From: Isurus oxyrinchus
Taxonomy: Eukaryota
DNA: 64,000 bases
Assembly (NCBI GenBank): GCA_026770705.1
Contig: JANJGN010000011.1
Coordinates: 146,630,001 to 146,694,000 of the forward strand
Direction of reading: 5' to 3'
Shown: piece after piece, positions 50,501 to 63,450 of the stretch
How positions within the stretch are numbered: the first letter of the stretch is position 1
How the letters are laid out: every line of letters starts with the position of its first letter
The notes under the pieces: model-generated
What the model was told of the DNA's origin: nothing
The model's input: the letters and a program-made list of their open reading frames with translations, nothing else
Database searches by the model: none
Translations under genes and position numbers: made by a program

Positions 50501-53500
50501 CATGGACTATATATTTCAATTGTGTCTCATGATGAAATTCATACGTTGTCCCCAGAAGATCCCATGATGGGGGTGGGGGTCACTGTAGATGGTTGTTTTA
50601 TCTTAACATAATGGGTCTAACATTTCCATGACATCATTGGGGAATCTGTAAGGAATTCTATGGATAATGAGGATGGTCATTCAGAATCAACAGTAAATAT
50701 TTCATGAGGATCTACAGAAGAGAGAAAAGAAGGTGGTCAGAAAGGTGACACTCTTTCTCTCGGCTGTATGAAAGCCTTGCACATAATCATATACTGCTGG
50801 CTTAGTATCAGGTTCAAAAAACATTTTTGCGCTAATGAGCCAATTGGCGAATTTTTTTGTGGTCAACTGATTCCTCTTTGAACATTTAATGAATGTTGTT
50901 GATGTGATAAATCTTGGTGCTGGGAATGATGCAGCAGTCAAGAACTACCTTAGTGGTTTAATAATTAAACTGAATCAACACTTCAAAGCAATGGGGTGGC
51001 TAAATAAATATAGATGTTACCACTTTTATAGTGGTATTACATTTATTACATTTTACTTAGCAGAAATAATTAGAGCTTACACAAGAAGGGTTTTTGCATG
51101 GTGATAATTCCTTATTTAGTGTATTACATTATTGCAGGTCATTATATTTGAACAACTTTACATGAGGATAGGACAAAAGCAAACTAAATGATATCAGTGC
51201 CAATCAGCATTCCAATATTACAGGTGAAACAAAATTGATTTATCAAAGGATTCACCACACGATGTGGTGAACCATTTAAGTCTGGGAATGCGGTGTGTCA
51301 TTTTCAGGCTTCAAAATATTCCTGTTTCATTAAATAACACAACCTTGTGTTATCCTTCTCTCTTTTTTTACGTAAGTTTATGCTGTTAATTTTCCCTGTT
51401 CTTGCTTTCTTTCAAAATGGTGGTCATCAATGATTAGCGTAAGTGTGGAAACACGATAAATGAGGCAGCCTTCTGCATTTTGATACTTCTGACTTCTCAC
51501 AAAAGGATAGAAATTCTACAGCATTTCTTAAGAAATTATACATTTCCACCTAATCAAATAATGATGGAAACCTACGAGAAAATAAATAGTTGCAGTCTTA
51601 TTGTTAGACGTAGTAACTGTATGCAGTTTATTTTTATTATGCACTGAATCTGGATGTCAGCTTTAGGAACACATTTATAACAACATACACTTTAGACCTC
51701 TCATTATCATTTCCAATTTGCCTACTCCATTTTTGTATATAATACCAGCAAACAAATGCCACCACCACCCTGAAAAGGTTACCCAAGAACATCAGCACTC
51801 AAGAAGGTGGTTGACAGGATTTCAGTCTCTCAAGTGGGAAGATACTAAACAAACATCATCAAAATTCTTACCTATACCTATTACTTTACTCATTGTGTTT
51901 CACTTCTAGCCTATCTTATATAATATTCATAACTAAAATCAATAGAGTGGAAAAAAATAAGATTCTGCAATAAAAAAAAGTTAATCACATTTCAATATGC
52001 CTTTTCTCCCCCCACAGTGTGCACGAATCAGGGACTTGTAATTAAAGTGACTGCCACAATCTAAAAGCTCCAATGAATCATTTCTCCCAATGAAAGGTGG
52101 TTTCATGGAAAGCTATGTGGAGAGTGACAGCAACATGAAGTGGAATTACACAGATTGAATAAAACTTCAGTTCATAGCTATTGCAAAGTAAAGCACATTT
52201 GTCTAACAAAAGGTTTAACCTTTTTACTATCTGCATTTTTTATGACCAGCAGGGTAACTGCATTGGATATATTTAAGTAGGAGGACCAACATTCTGTGCC
52301 TGACATGTTTCACCTAATTGTTGTATGCTGCCTGTGATATGCAATAGCAACTGGTATATTAAGATATGCAGTCTGTTTATTTTAATTTGATGCTATTGGT
52401 CATAGCTTACATTAAACCAATAACAGACATTGCATTAGCGTGCAGCTGAGTCTAGTTTCCTATGTGAGATTGGATATTTGCACTAATTCTTTCAATTATC
52501 TTGTAACATTAATGATTTAATCACATAAATTTGATATGCAAACACTATAATATTGCATGATGTTAATTTTCAAAAAAATATTTGACTTACTAGCAGGTGG
52601 AAGGCATTAGTTGCAGTTGATTTAACCAATTAATTTCTTAAAAATCAGTCCTTATAAGAATCATTTATTGCATATACAGTATTTAGAAATCAAAATATTA
52701 TTTCAAAATGGATGAATGCAATTTTATTTTAGAGAAGACACATTTGTTTCGAAGCATAATCAAAGCTTCTGATTATAAAAGGAAATAATCTACATATTTC
52801 CTGTTGAGGTCATAAAAGTCTAAAGTACTCCTCTCTGTTCATTTCTATACAGCAATGTGGCTCTAACCTTCCTGCCTGACCTGAGTGCATTTGCAGTGGA
52901 CTCCAGGGTTTATAGCATCTGTCTACAGCTTTTCTGACTAGCCCCTCTGGAGGCCTGAGTTTTTTTTTCAAATTGAATATTATAAACCACACTGCAAGCC
53001 ACATCCGAGTTCTGTTTCTCTTTGTGCCCTGGATTGTCTTACTGCCAATGACAGCATTAAGCACCTTCATTAACATCCTCCCAGTGCATTCAGGTATCGA
53101 AATATCACTTTCTAGATCCAATGACAGTGATATTGTACTCCTGTCCCCCGTCAGTCAGATCAGTACTTCAAATGTCTTGCAGACTTAAATAAACTTGAGG
53201 CAGAGGTTTGATATTTTTATATTTGAGTCTTGTTCAACACATAGTTAGTTTGATATGTTATATATTTATATTTTATACAATATATAAAAATATAATGTTA
53301 TATGTTATATTTTATTAAATATATTATATGTTTATACATATAAAATCCCAGAATTGAAGATCTCTTATATTGCATGATAACCTTTATCTTTAAAATTTCT
53401 GCTAAAGTTGCTGCAAATGTCATAATAAATCAGCACCTAATGAACATGCTAAATGGCTTTTCTTGTCCTCCAAATAGACTCAGTCCTTGTTATGAACCTA

Positions 53501-55071
53501 CTTTAGTTACAGTGCAGAATTGCTATTTAATCAGATATCTACATAACAAAGCTTTTCCAACGTGCATTCAACTTCACAGAAAGTGTCTTGCACATGTTAT
53601 TTTTAATTATTTAAATGCTACAGAATCCTTTAATGCCAACTGACAGAATAGCTACTGCAAAACGTGAAGGTTGTTCAAATTCAAGTGTTTTTTTGGTATA
53701 TGGCTGTTCTAATACAAAGCTAATGCAGATTGACAGAAATGCACCACCCCTTCAGGAACCGAGCATCACATCTTCAACTGTAATCATCATTGCTTCTACT
53801 GTAGTAATGTCAGAGGGCTACAGGCTGCAGGTTGCCACTGAATTGGTGAGCAGTGTGCCATTTACTTTTACAATGTCCCTTGAATTTGTTCCTCATTGTG
53901 CACCTTGCAACTACCTGCTTCTCTGATGGATCAGATGTTCTAGACCATGGACATTTGACTGGCCGCCTTGAGGGTTTTTTTTATCCACCAGCAGGAAGAG
54001 GAAGTACTCACTGCAAATTGGTCTGGATTGCACTTTTGCAGGCATTATGCCATAATTCACACTGACTTCTGCACCGATGGGAACTTACACCAACATTTCC
54101 TGTAGAGCTTATTTGCTCAAGCAGGAATGTCAAAATCAGTGTAAAGCAAATGAAAATGCAGAGTCACTAATACGTGTAAAAGCAAGGAAACCTGATGTCT
54201 TCCATCATAACCCCTCACTCTCAGAACCTCCTTCCGCTGCTACAATTCTTACATTATTACTCAGTCCAGGTGTTTCATTCCCATCGGGGAGTGGGGGGTG
54301 GGGGTTGGGGGGTGGGGGGGGTGGGGGGCAACTCCAGCGACTTAGTGCTTCTGAACATTTGGAAGTTGCAAGGAACAAAAACATTTCAGGTGCGCAACAC
54401 TGAGACTGATAATGCTATGGTTAAGTAAACAAATTTATAAAAAGCTTAGAAAATTGATATCAAGCCCCAGAAATCTCCCTTGCTGACTTGAAGTGGCTTT
54501 GAGCCTGACTGGACCTACATTTTTAGGGGCAAGTCTACCCTAGTATTCAAGTATATCCAGGAAATTTGCATGAGCATGTCTTTTGCATGGACAAAGTTAT
54601 GTAAATGATTGGTAGAGGGTATTGGGGGTTGTAACTCGGATGTGGCACGAATGACCAAAGAAATTCATGTGTGGCAGTTTCAACACTTGTGGGATCAGTT
54701 ACATGCAAAATTCCTTTGAAAACTGACAATGTAACACTGCTCCCACACCATAGTTAGCCCAAAACCTTCTAGGAAATTGCAGGCCATAGTATGCAGAGGA
54801 ACTTCTGCACCATTGTGCGTCTACAACCAGTGATCTGCTAACTTAATATTTAGAACGACAGAAACATTTAATTAAACGGGGTATTATAATTATCACTAGG
54901 ACTGTCATTTTTAACATAGGTGACTGTAGCAATATTTCAATGCCCATCTGCCACTCACAAGCAACACACAGAAAAGGGATGGAGGTTTAGTCTTACATTG
55001 GTCACTCTAGCTGAAGGAAGGTATGTAGCCAAAAAAGTTGGTGAACCAAATATTGCAATTTAAAACATATG

Positions 55072-55715
55072 GGCCAGGATTTTACATTGGTTGGGCTGGC
55101 TCGGCGGGAACGGGCGGGGGGGCGATCGCAGAGCCAGCCGCCACCCGCGATCGGATCTGCACCACAAATTCACAAGGGCGAGCCAATTAAGATCTGCCCT
55201 ATGTGAATTGCAAACGGTACCACTGGTGCTACCTGTGCAGGCGGGGGGAGGAGGGACAGTCGGGTCTAGCACACAGTTCACGCATGCGCGCAAAAGAGCA
55301 CTTCAGTCTCCCTGAGGCACGGAGCTGCCTCAGGGATATTAAAACACTTTTAAGAAAAAAATATAAGGACAGTAAAAATTTAATGAATCATGTCCCCTCA
55401 TGCGACTGTGTCACATGAGATGGGACATGTTTTTATTTGCAAAATAAAGTTCTTATATAATCAGCATTAGCTTTAGGAAACCTCATCCTGCTCGTGGATG
55501 AGGTTTCCTAAAAAATATAAGGGCCGCTTGGCCTTTTCGCTGGCCTGCCAACCGTTAGGTTGGATGGGCAGCGTAAATTTGAAGTTAATTAGATCATTAA
55601 AGGCCTTAATAGGCTTTTCTATTATTGGTGGGATGCATGCCTGACGTCATCGTATGTCATTTTATGTTCTGGCGTGTTGGGCATGTGCTCACACGCCGAA
55701 TGTAAAGTTCTGCCC
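55072..55715 (-). mobile_element. Harbinger-like MITE copy C
   Basis: ggccaggattttac...gtaaagttctgccc; TSD atg/atg. Confidence 0.85.
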
Positions 55716-58700
55716 ATGGTATATCATAAAATCATAGCATGATATAACAAAGAAGAGCACCCTGTGCTGGTACAATTAATCCTACTCGTCCAAGTCAAGT
55801 TCATTTTAAATCAATGTACTCCAAATATGAGATGTCCCAGGATGGTAAAATACAGGTCTCAGCATGTGATTAAACCCTTGTTGATCTCAGTCGAGCCACA
55901 CTGAGGGGACCACCTGTTTCCTGATGAGAAAAGGGATGAAAAGATGCCAGAGAGTTCTCAGTGGGCCACAGTTCAAGATCCAGAAAGGTGCGACCAGGAA
56001 TCTGGGAATTGGTCACCCTTGCTGTAGTAGGTGCACAGTGAAAGAATCTCAGGAAGCTTGAAAGAAAGGGTGAGACACATTCTTACCAAATAACATATGA
56101 AAGAATGAATAAATAAATAAGTCATGCCTTGGAAGCAACCTACCTCTGTGCAATATCAGTGGTATCAATGACACCTCTCCAAGTTCTAGAACATTTTTGT
56201 CTGAGTGATTTCCTGGTCCAACTTTTGAAAAGGTTGTTATCTGCAATTGCACTTCAAAGAGCATAGGGGAAACAAAGATTAACATGATAAATTTTATCTA
56301 AGTCACAAACGTATATAATGATATCATGCCTCTTTTCACTTAGTACCATGAATAATTTCTGTGCAAAATTAGTCATTTAAGATCCACTTGTAATGCAGGA
56401 AATATTTATAACTAGCTTGCTGATGGAAGTTTAATATTCAAAAGAGACCAATGCTCTGTTTTTAAACACTTTTTTCATTTAATTTGTATTTTAAGTTCTC
56501 CATGTCCCTTCTTGATCCCAGGAAGCTCCAGCAATTGACAATTTATTGGATGCTGTAAGTTGCATCTTTTGGACATCTGACTACGGGGTCAACTTGGGGG
56601 AGGTAAGAAGAGTAAGTTTATGCTTCCTTGAGTCGGTTGAGACTAGTAAGTCAACATCCTAAAAGGAACACTGAGTGTTAATGTCAGGCAAAACTGCAAA
56701 TGGAACTTGGATCTCCTGAGGAGAGGTCAACACTTTACTGCTGCCCATGATTTCATTCTTGAAATTAAGGTGACAGTTTGTATAAGTACAACCAAAGATG
56801 CTTTTGAGTATGTTACTCTATTTCTTAAAACACAGCAGTATGAGTCTATCAGTAAATGCAGACTGTGTTTGGATGTGGATTCTGTCAAGCTCCCTTCATT
56901 TCCTGAGTGCAGCTTCACACTTTTACAGTCATGGCAACAGTGACTAAAAACCAAGACGGCACACTTAACAACAGTACTCTGGATTTCCAAGCTGGACTGT
57001 GACAACCAGTTTAATGGAATTTTGCAAAATAGGCATAAAACTAGTTATGACATATGCAGAGGCATGGCCTGTTCAGTTCATGTGCTTGAATAGTTCAGTA
57101 TATGTCACCTCTTTGCAAATGTAACTCTCAGATCAGGCCATTTTGAATTTAAGAATCATTTCAGAGCTTAACCCTGTCTAGATATAATGATGCCATCTAG
57201 ATGCTGATTTTTACGGGTAGTGATTTGTCATGGTTTGAGTATTTCTGCAACTTACTGTGATCCTGGGAATGCTGTCCTCATACTGGCCGTACAGTATTTG
57301 TGTGCCATGCTATGACTGCAGTAGATACTGCAGCTTATCTCAGTGCTCAAGTCGAAGAATTTATTACCTTCAAAGTTGCAATTGTTAAGCAAATTTTTCG
57401 ATAGCAGTGGGTTGGCTTAAGAAAGTTCCTGTTAGAATCATTAGTGCAGGAAGATTTTTCAACATCAATCTGCTGTTCTTGCATTTAATACATTTTTTTC
57501 TGATAACTGTCCTGTGACTTTTGACTAAATTTCTTGCGATTAATCACTAGACTTAATGATGAAACATCTGAAGCATTGCAGTCTGTATTTCCATTAAAAC
57601 AGACATATGTATATATATTTATATATATTTAGATATATAGAATCATATGAATATATCTATATATTGAGAGGCTGCTATTCTGATGGATAATAGCATACAT
57701 TTTCACTTTGTCTACAAAAGAAGAGATTAGACTTGTCTGTCCAATGGATATTAATGTCATTTGTACTGCAAGATCTAGAGTTAATGATTACCTCATTTGT
57801 GATGAGGTTAACAGCATTTATCATACTGCCTCAAAATAGTGCATCATGCCCTGCGAGTGACCTTGTTGGTGTCCAGAGAGTCATTGCTGTAACTTGCCAC
57901 GGCAGTTACAATAATGCATAAGAAAGTAAACGGATCACATACCTTGCGATTTGCAAGTATTCTATTGGAGCATAATAAGAAACATTTTGTTGAAGGATAG
58001 ATTTAACGCATTGCTATTCTTAATTGTTCTCCTGCACTTATTAGCAATTTTGAAAACAATGTTATTCCATCGTATTGCATTGTGGCATAACAATATTCCT
58101 TACCAAGCTAATGAAGACTATTTCCTTCATTTTTTTTCTATCATCAAAAAAAGTAATCAGTTTAAATTTTGAGAGCAAATTGGAAGACTGTAAAGAAAGC
58201 TAAAGCTTTTAAATAGTACAACAGCTTGCATTTACATGCCGTTGAAGCGTATAAGTTGAGCTTTGAAATTATTCCAAAAATGGGGGATCAACTTATGCAC
58301 TGAGTGTAAAATGTGATCTGCGATGTGGGTGCAGGTGATCGCCATTGTGAAATGTGGGGAAAAAAACCCCACTGGTAATTCATATTAAATTAATATGGCA
58401 TAATTTATTGAATAAATTAATTGTACAAAGATGCCTTTAACCACAAGGAAAACATTTGAAAACCTGACAAATTTGTTGTCTTTGGCACCCCTCACAAATA
58501 GTTCATTAAATTCATTCTGAGTCACTTTTGCTATGGCATCATCATAAAGATCCCACTCTGGATCAGATATGGCACTTTTGCTTTCAGAATTATCCGTCAA
58601 CACCAAATCATCTTCCTCTCCATCCTTTTATTTGGATATTCAACATTTTTGAATGATCTGATGATACTTGATGTACTAATAGCATCCCTTGATTTGATGA

Positions 58701-59105
58701 TGAAACCACACAAAACATCATGCAGGACAGCAAGCATATTTCCACTCTTTGTGAAGGCTTTCTTCTCCAACAATCATCCACCTATTTCATCCAACTCGAA
58801 CATGATCCTTGCTGAGGGACACGCCAAAAGATTGAGGTTTGGACATTAAACCTCCTGGCATAACTGCATTGTGGGTGTTATTTCTTAGCAGGTGCCTCTT
58901 GATCTCACTGGTTATAATGGAGATGAACAAGTCCCACAATACTAAGCTGCATTCTTTATGTAGGCCACCAAGATGCCTATTCCACACAATATTGTTCTAT
59001 TACTTCGCTTCATTCTCATTCGTCCAACCATTGTCACGGACATGCACAAAAACTCCTGCAGGGAACTTGATTTTTGTCAAGGTTTTGTGTTTGAAAACTA
59101 CCATA

Positions 59106-59182
59106 TGGTGGGATTTCCGGCCCTGCCTGCCGCTGGGATCGTCCGGTCCCGCCAAAAGCCAATGGGCTGGAAAATCTCGGCC
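59106..59182. mobile_element. 77-bp MITE remnant inside the pogo transposase
   Basis: tggtgggatttcc...ggaaaatctcggcc; similar to 17366-17493; flanks ata/aca. Confidence 0.65.
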
Positions 59183-59225
59183 ACAGGCTTTAGTTTCACC
59201 CTGTTAGCCTTGCAGGCTAGTACCA

Positions 59226-59589
59226 GCCAGAGTGGGTTGTCTTATGATGGGAGGCTAAGTGAATTGAACCAATTTTCTCTGGAGTTTAGAAGAATGAGGG
59301 AGCTTGATAGGGAGCTTGATAGGGTAGATGCTGAGAGATTATTTCTGCTGATTAGGGAATCTAAAAAATGGGGGCACAGTCTCAGGACAAGGGGCTGATC
59401 ATTTAGGACTGAGATGGGGAGAAAGTACTTCACTCAAAGGGTTGTGAATCTTTGGAATTCTCTACTCCAGAGGGTTGTGGACGCTCCATTATTGAATACA
59501 TTTAAGGCTAGGATAGACAGATTTTTGGTCTCCAAGCAGGCTTGACAGTCTCTATGGTCCATTGCTGCTCCTATTCCTTGTGTTCTTGT
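59226..59589 (+). mobile_element. CR1 LINE 3' fragment inserted in the pogo transposase
   Basis: Peptide LDRVDAERLF...GHSLR; tail gctcctattccttgtgttctt; TSD gtacca 59220-59225 / 59590-59595. Confidence 0.85.
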
Positions 59590-60661
59590 GTACCATTGCG
59601 ATTCTTGATTTATTATGTCCTGTAGTTTTCACTAGAACTGTTTTTGAACCTTTCCACTCCACAGTTTGGTAGCTGAGCATATTGAAATTCATGGGCATTT
59701 CATCCATGTTGCTGATGTGACCTAATGGACACTTGTGATTATGCCACTGTCTGATGATGAATTGCTGGGAATGGGTAATTTTAGCATCAAGGATTTTTGG
59801 TAGTTTCTCTAAGCGATATTGGTCTTCTGCCACAACACTGAAAGTTTTTGTTCCATAAAGCATCTACTCGAGCTATTGCTTTGAAATGTTTGCTGGACTC
59901 ATGGTTTGATCTGACCCACTTAAGTGAATGTATATGCATTACATTTCTTCATAAAGATGAAACTATTTTGACGATTTTCAGGGACCCATTTCGATGCATA
60001 CTTCTCAAGATCAGGCCAATGGCTGCTCCATTTTCTGATGACACATTTCATCTTGGACATCTTCTTCAGGGCAGATTCCTTCTTCTTCCGTTCTTATAGC
60101 AGTTTTTCACTGAAATCGATTTCCCTCACTACAGCACAGTTATTTGATGAATTAACGAATTTTATGACATTTAGCTCGAAACTAGCTTCCATACTTCATT
60201 TGTTTTGTTGGAAGACTCATTGTTTTGTTCACCATGCAGGGCCTGCTCTGTGTAGGCATGTCTTAAACCCCCAGGCACCTTTGCAACACAGCCCATATCG
60301 CCAGCTCAGTCCCTTGCACCCAGTTATGAGGTAAGTAAAACATGGATTTGTGGGACGAAAAATTGAGGCTGACTGCTAATGCAAGTTTAGCAGTCATGGT
60401 TGAAGAGGGTGTCGATTTATAGGTCAAGTATATGCAAAAACATGATCTTTAGGGCTGGAAAAATGGAGTTGCCTTCACGCTGGGTCGATTTATACACCCG
60501 ACTTTATGGTAGCTCTCCTTACCTGCAGGAAAATATTCAGAGCACTTTACGATAAGGAGGAAAAGGACATGATTGGCATTCAAAGTACATGGAGAGCTAA
60601 GGTCATGAATTATGGAATATCCACTTTAGGTTGCCAATTTAAATTATGTGCCAAATACGTG

Positions 60662-61362
60662 GGGCAGGATTTTCCCATCGGTGAGTGGGCCCCGCCCCCC
60701 CCCGCCAACGCCAACGTAAAGTGACACGCGATGACGTCGGGCAGAACTCCTGACGTCACCGTGCCCCATTTAAATGATCAGGTAAGGCGGGGGCACAGCC
60801 AAATCATCTGTGCGCCCGCCGACATGTCAATGGCCAATTGAGGCCATTGACAGAGTCATTAAACTAATTAATGGACCTGCCCGTCCAACCTTAAGGTTGG
60901 CAGACAGGCCAGGAGCCCTGGCGGGAATCAGAAAAAGCATGAAAGCTCATCCACGGACGGGATGAAGTTTCATGTAGGTTTTAAAAACTTTAATTAAAGT
61001 TTTTTAAAAAATTATGGACATGTCCCAACTCGTGACAGTGTCACATAAGGGGACATGTCAGGGATTTTTGTTTTCTCTATTTTTAATATTTTTTCCAGTA
61101 GGGCCAATCTCCCTGAGGCAGCCCTTAGCCTCAGGGAGATGAGTGCACTCTTTTGTGCGCATGCACGAAAGAGCACGCTCTCAGGTTTAGGGATTCCTCG
61201 CCACCTGCACAGGGAGCGCATAGCACTTCCGTGTGGACGTCAGGCTGGGCGGGCCTTAATTGGCCCGCCCATGTAAAATGGTGGTGCACTCCCGATTGGG
61301 GGCGCCGATTGGAGGCACACCTGCACTTCAACTTCACCCCTGATGGGGGGAAAATCCTGCCC
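60662..61362 (+). mobile_element. Harbinger-like MITE copy D
   Basis: Perfect 15-bp TIR gggcaggattttccc / gggaaaatcctgccc; flanks gtg/ttg. Confidence 0.85.
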
Positions 61363-61843
61363 TTGCAGTGCAAATATGTCTGCCATAAATCAGAAGTATC
61401 ATTTGGCTTCTTATTCTCAAAGGCTGATTCTGCAAAGCTGTAGTTGTGCTCAATTCACCAATCTGAGACGAGTTGCAACGGTACTTATTCTAACCATTTA
61501 TCCTGACTAATGCCAACTGGAATTCCCCTGCTATCTCCCAGTGGTGAAAAAATGAAATTCTTCCAGAGCATCGGAAGCAGTGTAGCCCTTTTGAAACATT
61601 TATGTCAATTCTGGATAAGTTAGAAAAAATTTAGGCAATCTGGTCTCTTTTCAAACCTGTTGGGTTATTTGTACTGTTTGTAGTGTTCAGTATAAGCAAT
61701 TTGACCCTGCCTCTTCTTGGGATTTCTTACAATTTCCTTATTTGAGTTCTGGGGCCACACCGTAACATTAGTTTTAGTGAAAGCCACTTTACATCAAGGC
61801 TAAAATTGCAGAATAAATGCCAAGCAATGTACCTTTAGTCAAT

Positions 61844-62552
61844 GGGCAGAATTTTGCCCTCGGATGGTGTGTGGGCCCCACCAGCTTGGCGACGGATGGA
61901 CAGCTGACCCCCGCCACCGAAACGGGGCCTGTCGCCATTTTGAGTGGGCGGGTCAATTAAGGCCCGTCCAGTGGCCTGCCCGACGGGAAGTGCAATGCGC
62001 TTCCTGTGCGGTGGGGGAGTGGGTGGGGGGAGGATTCCCCATTTGTCAAAGTGAGTTCTTTTGCTCATGGGCACAAAAGAGTGCACTGCTCCCTGAGACT
62101 AAGTCCTGTCTCAGGGAGATTTGTGACTAATAAGTAAAGTCTAAAAATAGATAAATATTGAAATTATTAACATGTCCCCCTCATGTGACAATGTCACACG
62201 AGATGGGACAAGTTAATAATAAACATAGCAAATTTATTAAATGTTTAAAAAACGGACATGAAACTTCATCCCGCCAGTGGATGAAGTTTCATGAATAATC
62301 TGCAGCCCGCTGGGGCTCCTGGCCTGCCCACCAGCCTTTACTTGGACGGACAGTCTTTAATTATCATAATGAGCCTGTCAATTGGCCATTGACAGGTCGG
62401 CGGGCGGACAGCTGATTTCGCTGTCCGCCCGCCTTCCTAAAAATTTAAAGGGACCGGGATGACGTCGGGGATTCCTCCCGAAGTCATCCTGCGTCATCTT
62501 CTCCTCGACGAGTGGGCCCCGCCCCCAAACCGCTGAGGGGAAAATCCTGCCC
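61844..62552 (-). mobile_element. Harbinger-like MITE copy E, inverted relative to D
   Basis: gggcagaatttt...aaaatcctgccc; TSD aat/aat. Confidence 0.85.
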
Positions 62553-63064
62553 AATGTTCCAAATTCGACCTCTGGTGCGAATTAGAATGGGCACAGGGGA
62601 CAAGTGTTATTGTGTGGAGCTGAAAATTGCAGGTGAGTAACTTTTAATGGGAAGCGGGCAATTAAAGGGGAGTGGCATAGAATGGGACAAAACCTCTGCA
62701 GGCTTTTGCAAAGCCGCAAAAGGTATTCCAAAACATCCTGCCCAGGCTCAAAGCGTGTGGGTTAAGAAAAGGCAGAAATAAAGATAAAGAACGGTGCAAA
62801 GTGTAGCCCAGCACTTGAATCCCTTTTGAACAGCTGCTGGAAATGAAGTGGTGCCGCATGAGGTGATAACAGAGCAACATTTCAGTATGCCTGCAAGCAA
62901 AAAAAGTGTCACCTTGTTTCAGGTCACACCTGAACATTCCTGGCACCGCATAAACATGCCTTCTACTGCGTGCCAGCTATAGGAGTTTGAGCAGCAGATG
63001 GCACAGCTCTGGACCTGACTGTCTGTTGGCTGGGAAGCTCGGAGAAAGTTCAGAGGATACTCAT

Positions 63065-63160
63065 TAGAATAGTTAGTATGAGGGGATGAGGGACTCAGGT
63101 TATGTGGAGAGTAGTGAAAACTGTGATTGTTCATCTTGGAGCAAAGAATGTTAAGGGGAG
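63065..63160 (+). mobile_element. CR1 fragment, cut by the Gypsy LTR
   Basis: gggatgagggactcaggttatgtggagag...gagcaaagaatgttaaggggag. Confidence 0.6.
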
Positions 63161-63371
63161 TGTGGTAACTGGATGTAACTCCCTCCTGTCAATCACGAGT
63201 CATGTGATGTACTGTGGGGGCTCTGGCCAGTGAGCTCTTAGCGCGGGCAATCCTTGGGTTGGGGCTTTTTCGGATGAGAGATCTGGTCGAGCGTGCAAGC
63301 TCAGAAAATGCCTCTGTAATAAAGTTTAACTGTTTCTTGATGAACCCAGCCTGCTCCGTAGAGACACCACA
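63161..63371 (+). mobile_element. 5' LTR (211 bp) of a Gypsy retrotransposon
   Basis: TGTGGT...ACCACA inverted termini; internal AATAAA; followed by PBS and gag. Confidence 0.85.
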
Positions 63372-63373
63372 TT

Positions 63374-63386
63374 TGGCAACGAGGGT
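63374..63386 (+). other. Primer binding site, likely tRNA-Ser(GCT)
   Basis: TGGCAACGAGGGT is complementary to ...CCTCGTCGCCA with one transition. Confidence 0.7.
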
Positions 63387-63450
63387 AAAATTAATGTGAA
63401 CTCTGCACCTCGTCCTGTTACTGTGAGTAAATCAATTTAAAAAAAAACTC

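Larger units (their letters stand above)
58237..60511 (-). mobile_element. Decayed pogo (POGK/Passer-like) DNA transposon with transposase pseudogene
   Basis: Minus-strand peptides ISNMDEMPMNFNM...TVEWKGSKTVLVKTTGH, VLACKANRVKLKP, SLVLWDLF and AVMPGGLMSK match the DDE_1 domain; Brinker-like N-terminus near 60100-60230; right TIR rc taccataaagtcgggtgtataaatcgaccc with TA; stops and frameshifts present. Confidence 0.85.
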
